Shown here: in pieces, positions 45,551-57,620 of the stretch
How positions within the stretch are numbered: position 1 is the stretch's first letter
Layout of the letters: the number at the start of each line of letters is the position of its first letter
Assembly (NCBI GenBank): GCA_037447605.1
Contig: CM074822.1
Location: 1,387,492-1,451,491, forward strand
Length of the DNA: 64,000 nucleotides
Origin: Zygnema circumcarinatum SAG 698-1b
Taxonomy: Eukaryota > Plantae > Zygnematophyceae
Direction of reading: 5' to 3'
Notes under the pieces: model-generated
Databases searched by the model: none
What the model saw: only the letters and a program-made list of their open reading frames with translations
Told to the model about the DNA's origin: nothing
Translations under genes and position numbers: made by a program

Positions 45551-46276
45551 CCTCTTATGAAAGACAGGATTTTCTATGAGAGCAATGGACGACTTGCTAT
45601 CAGTGAATAGCGGCAGGGGATCATAGAGGCGCTCACACTCTTCAAAGAAGTTCTGAAGCCACACCGCCTCCTTCGCAGCATGGCACGCCGCCATGTACTC
45701 AGCCTCTGTGCTAGAAAGCGCTACTGAGTCCTACAACTTGGAGCTCCATGCAATAGCTCCACCACTGTTCGTGACGGATGTCGATCTCGAATTATCTACA
45801 TCACCCCCCCAATCAGAGTCCGTGTAGCCAACAAGACCGCTGCTACTCCCCCCCTTAAACTGAAAACCGTAGTGAAGGGTCGCTTTCACATAGCGGAAAA
45901 TCCGCTTCACAGCCTCCCAATGCTGAGGTCCAGGATTCTCCATAAAGCGGCTAGCCAAGCTCACAGCTTTCGCAATGTCCGGCCTTGTCCCTACCATCAG
46001 GTACATCAAGCTACCTATGGCTGATCTGTAAGGTACATTCTTCATAGCCCTTGCCTCCTCCTCAGTCTGCGGCTCCATATCCTTCGAGAGGTGAACTCCG
46101 GGATCCATTGGGCTTGAAATGGGTCTGCAGTTCGACATTCGAAATCTGTCCAACACATCTGTGGCATACTTCCTCTGACAGAGGAAAAGACTGCCATCTT
46201 TTGCCTTTTGGAGCTGAATGCCCAAAAGGTACTCTGCTTCTCCAAGGTCCGACATCTGGAAGTTCCTCTGCATCAA
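45551..46276 (-). pseudogene. Copia RT C-terminus and RNase H fragment
   Basis: MSDLGEAEYLLGI...YRSAIGSLMYL...TRPDIA...GYTDSDWGG...AIAWSSKL*...STEAEYMA...TDSKSSIAL..NPVFHKR. Contains a stop and an internal deletion. Confidence 0.9.
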
Positions 46277-46297
46277 GTAGAGTGGAAGGACTTGGGG

Positions 46298-46769
46298 TGT
46301 AAGCTATCTATGAATAGGATAGTGCTCATGAGAGAAGGAGAATCTAGCATAAGAGCTTATGTAGATTTCCTAAAGAGCTTTGTATTACACTTGTGGATAT
46401 TAAGGAGTTTTAGAGCCGAGAGCTTTCTCCTTATTATTGTGTCACTTATCATGAAGTCTTTGATGTGAGATTGTCATGGGAGTGAGTGGAGGCGAACATT
46501 GTATGGGCGGTGTGTCGCTCTACACGAAGAGCTCATTGGAGGAGCATGGAGTCAAGGAGCCATGACCATGGAAGAGTTGAAGAAGTGTTCTTGTAGGTGG
46601 CACGTTTTAGTTCCGCTGTGCACACCGGGTGAGGGGTGGATGGGAACACATACCGCGGCGGAAGCAGTATGTGACCCAAGGTGTTTCCGCTAGAGTTTTG
46701 TAAAGTTTAATTTGGGCATGAGTTCATCCTGGTTGACAAGCCCCTTGCTAGTAACAATTGGTATCAGAG
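46298..46769 (+). mobile_element. Isolated LTR (46298-46756) followed by a PBS (46759-46769)
   Basis: TGTAAG...GTAACA, then TGGTATCAGAG. A purine-rich run lies upstream. No gag follows. The left edge is uncertain. Confidence 0.5.
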
Positions 46770-47891
46770 TAGAGATGCAATAAGTAGCAGTATACCATAT
46801 CAAATAGTTAATATGTCGCTCCACCGCATCCCACGCGCTAGCTCGTGACATGTGATTCTACAGTACATCCCCAACGGTTTCAGACTGCTACAGTGATGCG
46901 AGGAAATTCCGTCGACACTCTAATATTCCGCTACATCCAAAATAAATTTCAAGATTCGAGAGAAGAAAAGGCGGAGGCGTACGGAGGACCTCCGAAATTC
47001 AAAAACCAAAACGAAAAGGACGCCGCCATGTTTTGCGATTCTGACGGCAAAAAGATGAGTTTTAGGAATTTGAAAGTTTGAAATTGTCAGAAAATGCTCG
47101 ATGCTGATTGGCTGGGCTCACAAACGACAAAAAGTATATAAGTAGGATATTTAGAAGGTAGAAGTTTCGAATCCCTCATTGAGCCTTCTACAAGCGTTCA
47201 GTGAGAGGAGACCACCAGAAAAACCATTGTAATCACTCTTTTTTTATAATCAAAGACAAACCTTTCAACATTCAGTGTCAAAGTTCTGCATGTTATTCTG
47301 TGGCACGGCTGAGGGAATGGCACTTGAGTGACGCAAAGGGGACATAGACTTGCAAAAGTGGCAGATTTGTAATGAGTTAAGAATACCGTGCAGACTGACC
47401 ACAAGCCAAGCTTTCCTCACGTCTATCACCAAGCATTCCACTACAGTTTTCACCTCAGAGTTCAGACAGATTTCAGCATTGAGACAAAGTTTAGAAAATG
47501 TATTGATGATGAGATGAGTTTACAAGTGATGAGTAAGGGACACACCACAAGAGGAGCCTGAACCTGCATCGGCAAACCACAAGGAGGACACCGGAAAGGA
47601 AAACTGAAAGGGAGACACTGAACTACATCCCTTTGCTATGCTGTTGACTAAGCTAAATATCCTAATCCAACTTTTCTAAACCATTGACTAACTAAAGACT
47701 ACTTCCTTGCAGAGATCCTTGAAGCTGGAAGGCGAAACCACCTGTCCAAGACTTCCGCTGCGCACTCTGGTGAAGCCAAACAGCATCCGGAATCCACCTG
47801 CACGGGCGAGCAAAAACGAAGTCAGAATCGATATCAGTGACAAGCGTGACGTGACACTTTAAACCCGACTTTTCCACCCACATCTAAATTT

Positions 47892-48658
47892 TGGTATCAG
47901 AGCTCTTCGATTTTCCTAACTCTTTGGCCATGATCAGAGGGAAAGGCGATCCGGGACCAGTGCTAATACAAAAGCAAGAGGTCGAACATCAAGAACTACT
48001 CACAAGGCACAAGATGCGAGCTCTCATTGACATGCGTTGCAAGAAAGACCGTCTGGAGGATTACACCCTACGGTTTTGCACTCTTGCAGCATCACTAACT
48101 AACAGACTTAACCCTGTCCCTTGGCTGCATTGGTACCGCTGGGGCATTCGTGAGGAGCATCCGGAGTTCATTTTTCACTTATGGAAACGTGTGCAGGCAT
48201 GTGATCTACACTTCTTGATGCATGCAGCACGGAGAACGCAAGAAAGGATTGATTTCGACCTTGAGGAACGCGAAGCAGAATCAGAGATGGCAGGAGTCTT
48301 GAAAGCTGAAGAACTGAAGACGCCTCCCATTCAGCTCGACAGACCTGTCCAGAAGGAGAAGCAACAATCAGAAAAACATCACAGCGATGGACAGCAGTAC
48401 GATAGTGCAGAAAATGACAAACATTGGAAATGGCAATTCAGGAGATGCAATGAAGCAGTTAGAAGTGGAGCCCATCGAGGAGAAGGGAAGTTTAGAATGC
48501 CAAGAAATCAGAACAGCAGTTATGGAGAGAGAAGGAAACGAAGAAAATCAGGACAGTGGAGAGCAAGAAATTTCTGCGATGAAACGATGCGATGCAACAG
48601 AGGTTTTTGGAGAACGATACGGAGAGAGTGCAGAGCTAGGAGGAGCAGCACAGATTGA
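47892..48658 (+). pseudogene. LTR-element PBS plus degenerate Gag-like ORF
   Basis: TGGTATCAGAGC at 47892-47903. The ORF reads LEDYTLRFCTLA...WYRWGIRE...LHFLMHAARR, resembling a retrotransposon Gag core. No pol recognised downstream. Confidence 0.55.
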
Positions 48659-49942
48659 AGGGAATATTCTCATTTTGCAGAGGAAAAAGGCATGCACGAA
48701 AATTGAAGCAACAAACGATGCAGCAAAAAGGAAGATTTCAGAAACTAAAGCGGCAGGACGCGATGCAACAGAACAGTCGGGGAACCCGCCACCTATGCGA
48801 CAATCTGTCATGGACGAAGAATCAGGCTTTGGAGTGACGGCTAAGGTACTTCCGAGTCTCCAGTTGGTACATATTACAGAGAAGCAGCAAGGTGTAGGAG
48901 GCGATGATCCAGCTGAGGTCGAAGAGAGGGGAGCTGTGAAGAAGAGGATGGAAGAAGTAACTGAAGAGTTCAAGCAAATCATGCAGAATGAAAGTGGACA
49001 GCTGTTGTGGAACCAAATAGATGCCAAGTCAAAACGTTCTGAGATGAGAACCTATGGTGCATCAACGCCAACGACATGTGAAAAGAGAACTGGAGACTTG
49101 GCGGCTGTGAGCACTCGGCTGGCCGACCCCCTTCAAGAGGAGATACAACACTCAGAACTATCACCATGAAACAAAGGAGCAGCGCGAGTGGAGGACGCGG
49201 AGAAGGTAGTACAGACACGGGACGTAGCGGCAGATGATGCAGTGGGACACATGGGTGAGAGTCTCCCAATGGGATGCATACTAAAGGAAGAGCAAGAAGG
49301 TGCTGGTGGACAAGACCCAGCTCAGGTTGCTGCAAGAGGAGCGGTGAAGAAGAGAAGGTGAGAAGGAGCACCTCAGAATGAAGAAGGCTTCTCCATCTCC
49401 ACCGATGTCGAGAAAGTGCAATCCAACGCCTCAAGCCATTCCATGATGCGGCCAAGGACGAAGCGGCCGAAAACAGTGGCTGCAATGACCGACCCCAGAT
49501 GCCCCAGTCAGTCAGATGGCGAACCTCCAAGTGACAGACACAGCAAATGAAAATGGAAGGAATGGAAAGCGAGAAATCGGCCAAGGGACAATGGCAGCCA
49601 AAGGAAAGGCTCACCAAGAAGAAAAAGTGTGGAATGAGGAGCAACATGATGACATCCTTCCCGTCACAGGTACAGACGGTTGGCGAAGATCCATGGCGAC
49701 CCAACGAGCAGTTCCCAACACTAAAATGAGTATCCCCTCACCAATCCGACAATTCGGTCCGCGGCAACGCACGAACACGATTTACCCCCCCACTAGGCAA
49801 GGGAAAATTTACTCACTTACTTACTTACTTTAATTTACTTTGCTTTTACTAATTGAGCACATCACCCAGATCTGAGCCCACCCCATTACTGTGAACTCGA
49901 AAACAAGGATCTAACGCATCCGTATGGAATGGAGCCACTAAC

Positions 49943-50014
49943 ATGCCTCCCAACATTGTCAAGTTACGGATGGCAGGTGAAATGGACGCATTAAGTACGT
50001 AGCCTTCTATATCT
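49943..50014 (-). pseudogene. 72-bp leucine-rich-repeat exon
   Basis: gcag|...|gttagt, exactly 72 bp, phase 2-2: DIEGYVLNASISPAIRNLTMLGG. Confidence 0.7.
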
Positions 50015-50243
50015 CTGCATATAGCAGGTTACCAGTGAAAGCGTCAGAAAATAAGGGATCGGGTAGGAGAAGGAAGCTTATTCTACTGAGCTCTTCTGCT
50101 CCGGCGACCCATTTTAGGCCGCTTTCTGAGAAGGCTTCTTCCCGCAGAACCATCAGCCTCGTGCTGCAGTTCAGCAGCTATGGACTCCGTGGTGCCCTTG
50201 CCCTCCAAAATAAAAAGCGGTGATCAGTCAGAACGTAGCTCAC

Positions 50244-50385
50244 AGGTAATGAACGCGGCCGAATGGCGATCCATCACATCTGATCCGTTCCCAGGTGCTG
50301 CAATCGCCGTTATTCGCACTCCAGGAGGTGAGTTTGAGTTGTGACACGTCATTGAATGCCGCCTTGACAGCGAGAAGAGCATCCC
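50244..50385 (-). pseudogene. LRR N-terminal cap (LRRNT_2) exon of an LRR receptor-like gene
   Basis: GDALLAVKAAF...LTSWSANNGDCSTWERIRCDG...RVHYL|gtgag; its phase joins the 72-bp exon. Confidence 0.8.
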
Positions 50386-52954
50386 CTGCGCCAAAAAACG
50401 CGGGCAGATGCAGGATTGGGATCGAGCTCAGCTTCGAATCTAACAATGGGACAAAAAAGACATTTCTGCCTTTCCCCTTCCATAGGGGCTTCCTTCGGAG
50501 AGAACAGATGGTGACTTTTCGTATTTTACGACAGGCAAAGGAAAAGGTTCGAAGTGCGAGTAACTTGCCGCTCCCCAAAAACAGGGCAGGGGCAAGGGCA
50601 GGGGCTGGGGCAGGGGCAGGGAAAGGGGCAGGGGCAGGGGCATGCGCAGGGGGAGGGNNNNNNNNNNGAGGGGGAGGGGGAGGTGTGAGGAGATGTGGAG
50701 GATTAGGGGCAGTGGTAGTGGCAGGGTTAGGGGCAGGGCAGGGTGCCTAACTGTCTCCACTGTCAATAGTCACAGCGTCGCCGCGGCGCACAGCAGAAGC
50801 GGCAAAGAGGATCAGCACGAGGAGGCCACGCAGCTCGAGGGAGCGACCGGCCGCCATGGCGGCTCAGCGGCGCGCTGGTTGGGGAGCCCTCCGCTCGCTC
50901 TGATGCCATGGCTTCCGGGGTAGGGCCACGTGGCAAGTTCCTGCTCGCTCGCTCGAGGGAGAGGTCCGCTGAGTGAGTAACCCCTCGATGTCGCGAGCAG
51001 TACCAAGCAAATGCGTCCGTACTTGCCACCTCAAAACGAGTACTCTGCTGGGGGCATAACCCTCTTGTACTTCAAGCATCTGTACAGCATCACGTTTGTT
51101 AGCGACACTGACCATTCGTCGCGATTATGCCGCTTCAGTGCAGCTGGCGTTCGCGTCCTCACTCCTCAGGGAGAGTTCGTCATCGCGTTAGGACTGATGT
51201 CAGCAGTCACATTTTTGGCCGCGTCCTGAATTCGGGATCTTGAGGTCATGCGTCAGCAGACGCTGTCCGTATGTGGTCAGGCGCTAAGAGACGTTGGCTC
51301 GTTCTCAGGACCTTTATTTATCGCAGAGGCCGCCGCGCGCGGGTCCCTTGCGCCAGGCTGCGCGCTGTCGAGGCGGCGAATGTGCGCCAAAGCACGAAGC
51401 ACGAATGTGCGTGCGCCAAAGTAAACAAAGGCCCCTCCAAAGGGTCGCCCTGGCCTCGCCACTACATGCATCGCCGAGAGGGAAAAGGAGCGGGCTCGAA
51501 CGAGAATAAAATGCGCGCACAAAAGGGCATGCATGAAACAGCATTTTTTGCTTTTAATCCTATGTAAAAGCTGCCCGGCGAAAAAGGGAGTGTTTGCATC
51601 AAAAAGGGAGTGTAAATAACACATTCCTTTGGTTTTTGAATGTTCCGTACTGATCCTATATTGACCGTACGTTTCATACTTCAAACGTACATTTCTGCAT
51701 GGCGCGCGATTCTGCTTGCGCTGCAAATCTTTTTAGAAAGTGTTGTGCACCCCCCTTTTTGGATGAACACACCCCCCTTTGGCCGGGCAGCTTAAAAGCG
51801 AAAGATGCTGTTTCACACTTTTTCAGAATAGATACAGACCTTTTGAGTGTACAGAGGGTGATTTGAATGTACGGAATGCGCGGGGTTTCAAAGTTTTCAA
51901 AAGGCACGAAACGTGGAGCGATATGATTTGTCGCGGCTGCATATGACGTGACAAATATGTTTGGTACCGTGACGTGACGAAACAAGATGCGAAAATAGTG
52001 GAGGTGATGAGGGGGAGTCAGACCTTGTCCATCGCCAAACCAATTCCGCGAGCCCGTCGGGCCAATTCCGCGTTGTACGGCAGGCCTTTTTCGCCAAAAG
52101 TGGACGTTCGACAGGCTCGGGCGCCGAGCCTGTATCTCATTTTTGTGACGTATTTCGAAGTACGGACGGGACAGACAGGTTCGGGGGGAGCCGCGGTTTC
52201 CGATCCGAATTCAGCAATCGAAATCAATACCTTTTCGCAGAGGGAATCTTTGAATTCCGCCGGCGATGGTCAAGGTCTGACTCCCCCTAATGGTTGTGAT
52301 CAAAAACCGGTTATTGGTTGTGACTGAAACTGATCAAATGGTTTGGGTGGTGTGGTGGATCTCCTTGCAGCTTATAGCCAGGAGCCCCGGCGGCTGGGCT
52401 ACATGCGCTTGGATCCCTCACTTCTTCAGGATCAACTGGAGTATGCTGTGATGCAAGCCTCTTGGATAGGCTTTAGTAATTATTTAGGCATTGGACTAGG
52501 AAAGATGTTGATAGGGATGATAGAAGCATCCAGGCAGCAGAAAGGAGAGCGGGATAAAGTGAACAGAATGTTTGACATATCAAATTATTATTTTAGAAAT
52601 TGATACAATATGTTTTAAGTTTTAAATATTTGGTACCGTGACGTGAGCAACGAGACGCGGAGGTCCTGCTCCGGCCTTGGAGCGGGTGGAGCTACATCAA
52701 CACATTCCCACCAATCATGCACTACTCCAAATAAGTTTATAAAAAAAAATCAACATAGGAGACCACGACAAAAACAACAAAGCTTGGAAGGTGGAATCCA
52801 CCTTCGTTCAGAAAACTCCAAAGGTTTGTTTTAGTGGCATTGACCTGGCGATGGTGAAGCCATGAAATGTCATCACAAAGGAATCGGACTCCACTTTTTT
52901 CGCGTCTCGTTTCGTCACGTCGCGGTACCAAACATACTTGCACAGATCGGACCA

Positions 52955-53467
52955 TTAGACAAACCAGTCCACTGGTTGGCAACCAGTGGTTGCGGACCGA
53001 AACAACCATTTGACTGGTTTGGAACCAGTGGATGCCACTGGTTGGCAACCAGTCGATTGGTTGCCAACCAATGGCATCCACTGGTTGGCAACCAGTCGAC
53101 TGGTTGCCAACTAGTGCCGCCGGATCGAAACAACCATTCGACTGGTTGCCANNNNNNNNNNCGCAACCAGTCGAATGGTTGCCAACCAGTGGCATCCACT
53201 GGTTCCAAACCAGTCGACTGGTTGCCAACCAGTGGTTGCGGACCAAAACAACCATTCGACTGGTTGCCAACCAGTGGATGCCAATGGTTCGCAACCAGTC
53301 GAATGGTTGCCAACCAGTGGCATCCACTGGTTCCAAACCAGTCGACTGGTTGCCAACCAGTGGCATCCACTGGTTGGAAACCAGTCGACTGGTTGCGAAC
53401 CATTGGCGCAGGACTGAAACAACCATTTGAGTGGTTCAGAACCAGTGATCCAATGGTTGGCAACCAT
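52955..53467. repeat. hAT left subterminal palindromic array
   Basis: Built from GGTTGCCAACC, ACCAGTCGACTGGT and CCAGTGGATGCCACTGG words; contains an N gap. Confidence 0.9.
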
Positions 53468-54435
53468 TGAATTTCTGAAATTATGCTCTTTTTCCTACCC
53501 TGAACCCTTCCTTTCTCTCTTATTGGCAGCATTCGGCGGCATGCTTGCCTTGTAAGGGTCTTGGGTAGGGTGCGGATCCGAAGCGGCTCAACTCCTATGC
53601 CCCCTCAGGTGTGTGGGCCCAAATGGTAGAGCGGCCTGAGACACAAAATCTGCTAGCTCACTGTTGGGAGAGAGGCTCATTTTTTTCGTGCTTTTGAGCT
53701 TCATGATCAAAATCAGACGTACTTGCTCATTTGGCTTTCTCTTTTGTGACGTTTTGAGAGGAAATTTCTGCATTTTGATTGGAATAACATTTTTTTTTGT
53801 GCTGCAGGTTGATGGGATCCGCTCTGGTGGGGATGATCGTCCTTTTACAAGTAGTGGAAACTCCCTTGCCACTTTGGTCCGGATGCCCTTCTCTTTGCCC
53901 GAGCTCCAAGAAACCGGGGCAAGCTTGTCGTTTCCTTCAATTTCCAGTGCGCCACTGGACCTAGGCTAGACCACTGGCTGGACCTAAGCTTTCAAAGATT
54001 TTTTGGAGGACATTTTCTAACGTAGAATCCGACTCCGTTCCTTGCTGCTTTCGCCTTTGAGAAAGCTTGCCTTGCCAAGCATGCTTGGAACTATGGCATT
54101 AAAGAAGGACCAATTTGGCGCCGTTTCCATAGCAATGGTGGCCAAGTAACGACACAGACACTGCTCATTTCCACATCAATGTCTCCTTCGCTCTACAAAC
54201 TAAAACGATTTCAAAAGGTATGCCTCTCAACGTTTAAAAGTATGGTGTGATGAGAATGTACTTTGGTGGGTGTAGGCATATTTTGCTTTTTGATCTTTGA
54301 AAGGCCTTAGGGAAATTTTGGGTTATGGTTTGCAGGGGTTTTTTACTCGATATTTTAGCTATTCAATAGTAGAGGAGCGGAAGAATGGAGGGAAGAGAGA
54401 ATGTTCTGCAGCCAACAATGGAGGAGGATACCGGC

Positions 54436-54888
54436 TGTAACAAACCCGCCCTCGGCAAGGTTCGAACACAGGACCTCCCGGCACCCACACCAGTGCTTTA
54501 CCATTAAAAGGCAACCGCGGATGTAAGTACTAGGCCATACAACCCATGTATAGCGTTTCGCTACATTCCTCCCCACCTAAACCGGGCTCGTCCTCGAGCT
54601 CACTCAAGGGTTTTCACGAGCAGCGTTCAAGCTCCTTCAACACATGGACTACGGCCTTAGCCCCTCAGGCCACTAAGGAACGGGTTCCGTACCATGCTCA
54701 AAGATCACGGTGTTTTTAGGGTGGATTGCAAATACCGGGCCCTTGGCTCTGATACCACTGTAACAAACCCGCCCTCGGCAGGGTTCGAACACAGGACCTC
54801 CCGGTACCCACACCAGTGCTTTACCATTAAAAGGCAACCGCGGATGTAAGTACTAGGCCATACAACCCATGTATAGCGTTTCGCTACA
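54436..54888 (-). mobile_element. TRIM (453 bp) with 130-bp tRNA-like LTRs, PBS, PPT and 5-bp TSD CCGGC
   Basis: LTRs at 54436-54565 and 54759-54888 (2 mismatches seen). PBS gctctgatacca at 54746-54757. PPT (minus strand ggtggggaggaa) abuts 54565. CCGGC on both sides. Confidence 0.95.
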
Positions 54889-54977
54889 CCGGCACATGTA
54901 ATTTCGAGGATTTTCCCTTTGGCAATGAGGATGACATTGCAGAAGTAGGAGATCGTGTAGCAGCTAGTGGTGATAGG

Positions 54978-57620
54978 TTGGAGGATGCTAGAAGGTCTTC
55001 TACCCATTCGATTCAAATGGGCAACGAAGAAGAGCAAGATGGAGGAGAGGAAGTTGTAGAAGTTGTTGGATCAAAAGACGCTGCTTTTGAGAATAGTACT
55101 TGTGTTGTCCAGACAACGAATGTTCCTATTGAGGTGCAGAAAGCACGGGCAGCGTTCAAAGTGCCTTCAACATATAAGGAGTTGGAGCTTTTTGGCAATA
55201 AGAAATTTAGAACGTCGGATAAAGGACTGGATTCTGCAATTGATGTATTTGGAGTGAGGATCATCCCGTCTTCTTCAAAATATGCCCACTTACCCCCTGG
55301 TTGGTTTTGCTTGGCAAATGCCGCTTGCCGAAGCAAGCAAACGTTTGTGAAAACGTTAAGGGGTCACACTTCAAATATTAGCACCCACCTTCGTCAAGTC
55401 CATAAAGTGGAATCCAAGCGGTCCAAAAAGCTGTTCAAGACAAAGACAAAATTTGCGATCACATCTGTAGAGGCAAAATTCAGAGAGAAATTGAAAACGA
55501 ATCCACAGCGTTACTATGCCTTGTTTTGGACCAAAGTCTATATCATAAAAAAGTTGTGTTCATTTTCTTTTGCAGACGATGCTGAAGTACGCCAGCTTAA
55601 TTGTGTTGGAAATGACTTTTTTCCGAAGCAGTTAAATTCTAAGGCAGTGAAACACCACATAGTTGAGATGTACGAAGCGACCAAAAATGTCTTTATTGAC
55701 TTGGTACAGACGGAGGTGAAGTGCAGTCCCATTCCCATTCTCCATTTGAATGTGGATTTGTGGACATCTACTACATCTAAGGAGAAGTTCCTTGGGTTGA
55801 GGACTTTTTTCGTGGATTCTATGTTCAACCAAAAAAGTTCCCTTTTTGCCGTGAAGAGGTTCCAACCAAGCAAGGAGCTTTTGAGCGCTGAATATCGGAT
55901 GTCTGAAGTCGTGACGATGTGGGTAGAGCAAGTTTTCAAAGAGTATGGTTTAGATCTCATTAAAGATACATACGGCTCAACTTCTGATAGTGGATCCGAC
56001 ATCAAGCGTTCACTGTCAGTCTTGCTTGGTGGGCACCATCCTTGGGACTGGTGCATTCCGCACCTACTTAACTGTGCTTTGGTGGAAGCCTTTGGAATGC
56101 AGCTCCAAGCAAGTAAATCCAAAAACTTGGAAGCCCGCAATTTGATCATCAAGGTGAAGAAAGTCGTTGAAAGCTTGAACAAGAGCAGCAACATGAAGAC
56201 AAAGTTCATGGCCCTCCAACAAGAGATGGAGTATACATCTTTGAAGCTCCCAAATGACTGTCCTAAACGTTGGACAAGCACTGCTAACCTCCTTGAAAGG
56301 GTTTTGAAGTCGTGGAAGGTCTTGCGCACTCACTACATACAGATTGAGAGGACTTTTCCTTTAGAGCACAACAAGGATGCGCTTCTCCAATTGTACTCTT
56401 TGATGGAGCCTATTATAGCTTTGATTGTCACATGTCAATCGAGGGGATATCCTACCATGACTGAAGCCCTCATTGTACTCGCCAAGCTAAAAAAAGGAGT
56501 TCTGAACCTTACCAGTCCTTTGACAGTCATTGATCCATCCGTGGATACAGGATCTGATCGATATGAGCGGTCTGACATATCCGTCGAACACTTATCGATT
56601 GTGGCAAAATGTACCAGAGAAAAGCTTGCAGAAGCGCTACATTCCAGATTTTATGCTAACCATGCAAATTCGTTGCGCTCAAGTGTTTTGTTTGACATGG
56701 CTACTTGTTTACACCCTTGCTTTCGAAAGTTGACTTACTTGAAGCTGATGATGGAAGATACAGCAGCAAACGCTATAAAGGACAGAGTTCATAAGGAGAT
56801 TGAGGAGTTGGGTGAGAAGATTATTGAAGGTGAAACACGGAAAAAGATTCAGGCAGAGGCAACAAAGAAGAGTGTCATGTCACTCTTCGCTCATGGGAGC
56901 ATCCTGAGACAAACAGATATGGGGCTTGTGTGTTCTGGTGGAAGCAGCAAACGTCAAAAAATCACCCCACAGCAACATCGACAAATTCAATCTTTGAAAA
57001 GCAATGGCCAAGAACGGCAAGAGCTGCAAAATTTGGGAATTCTTGACGATGGTGGGCGAGACAAGCTTGAAGACGGAGAGGCCATAAGGCCACCTACTGC
57101 ACGTGAGCGAATCAATGGCGAGTTAGAGCGATACTTGACAAAAGAAAATCCAACGTTTGAGGATGTACCTTACAAAGATATTCTCAACTACTGGAGGAAG
57201 GTCCAATTGGACTATCCAACGCTTGCCAAAGTTGCTCAAGCAGTTCTCGGCCACCCTGCATCGGCAGCTGCTATTGAGCGTGATTTCAGCATGGCAGGTT
57301 TGCTTTTAACAGGGCGCCGCAACAAAATTGACTCTGCATTTGTTGAGATGATTCTTTTTCTTCATTCTAATTATGACCTCATTCCAGACATGATTCCAAT
57401 GATCCCAAGGGTTGAAATCAACTCTTTTGTGCCTACACGCTTATCAGATCGCAAATCGTTTGAAGCAGTCAGTGCGCTAGATGAAGGCAGCGATGAAGAA
57501 GTAAGAGAGCAAATTTCAATTGAGATGCCCATCGAAAATGATGCAAGGGAGGAGGCGGACGAAGATGTCATAGATACTCAGGCAGCTGACTATCCGGATT
57601 ATGTGAATGATGACAATTGA
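54978..57620 (+). CDS. hAT transposase, uninterrupted 880 aa
   Basis: BED-like C..C..H..H (WFCLANAAC...STHLRQVH), VDLWTS (D), TSDSGS (D), CIPHLLN (CxxH), KRWTS, YPTLAKVA and AIERDFS (E). The true start may be the ATG near 55017. Confidence 0.95.
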   Translation: MEDARRSSTHSIQMGNEEEQDGGEEVVEVVGSKDAAFENSTCVVQTTNVPIEVQKARAAFKVPSTYKELELFGNKKFRTSDKGLDSAIDVFGVRIIPSSSKYAHLPPGWFCLANAACRSKQTFVKTLRGHTSNISTHLRQVHKVESKRSKKLFKTKTKFAITSVEAKFREKLKTNPQRYYALFWTKVYIIKKLCSFSFADDAEVRQLNCVGNDFFPKQLNSKAVKHHIVEMYEATKNVFIDLVQTEVKCSPIPILHLNVDLWTSTTSKEKFLGLRTFFVDSMFNQKSSLFAVKRFQPSKELLSAEYRMSEVVTMWVEQVFKEYGLDLIKDTYGSTSDSGSDIKRSLSVLLGGHHPWDWCIPHLLNCALVEAFGMQLQASKSKNLEARNLIIKVKKVVESLNKSSNMKTKFMALQQEMEYTSLKLPNDCPKRWTSTANLLERVLKSWKVLRTHYIQIERTFPLEHNKDALLQLYSLMEPIIALIVTCQSRGYPTMTEALIVLAKLKKGVLNLTSPLTVIDPSVDTGSDRYERSDISVEHLSIVAKCTREKLAEALHSRFYANHANSLRSSVLFDMATCLHPCFRKLTYLKLMMEDTAANAIKDRVHKEIEELGEKIIEGETRKKIQAEATKKSVMSLFAHGSILRQTDMGLVCSGGSSKRQKITPQQHRQIQSLKSNGQERQELQNLGILDDGGRDKLEDGEAIRPPTARERINGELERYLTKENPTFEDVPYKDILNYWRKVQLDYPTLAKVAQAVLGHPASAAAIERDFSMAGLLLTGRRNKIDSAFVEMILFLHSNYDLIPDMIPMIPRVEINSFVPTRLSDRKSFEAVSALDEGSDEEVREQISIEMPIENDAREEADEDVIDTQAADYPDYVNDDN

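Noticed and set aside
45533-45552. ccctaaaaaccctaaaaaccc at the end of the Copia fragment as telomere healing
   Set aside because: Only about two imperfect units, so too short to distinguish from chance.
48387-49169. 260-aa acidic or coiled-coil ORF
   Set aside because: Overlaps the degenerate Gag-like ORF in another frame with no domain signature; probably decayed retroelement sequence.
52343-52603. 86-aa ORF in the foldback core as a cargo gene
   Set aside because: GTG start, short, and no recognisable family.
52737-53532. Repetitive WLATS/GCQPV ORFs here and at 59060-59744
   Set aside because: Translations of the palindromic hAT subterminal arrays, open in nearly all frames.
54450-54530. 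Functional tRNA gene (also at 12676-12735)
   Set aside because: The acceptor and T stems do not pair properly, and the sequence lies within an LTR; treated as tRNA-derived.
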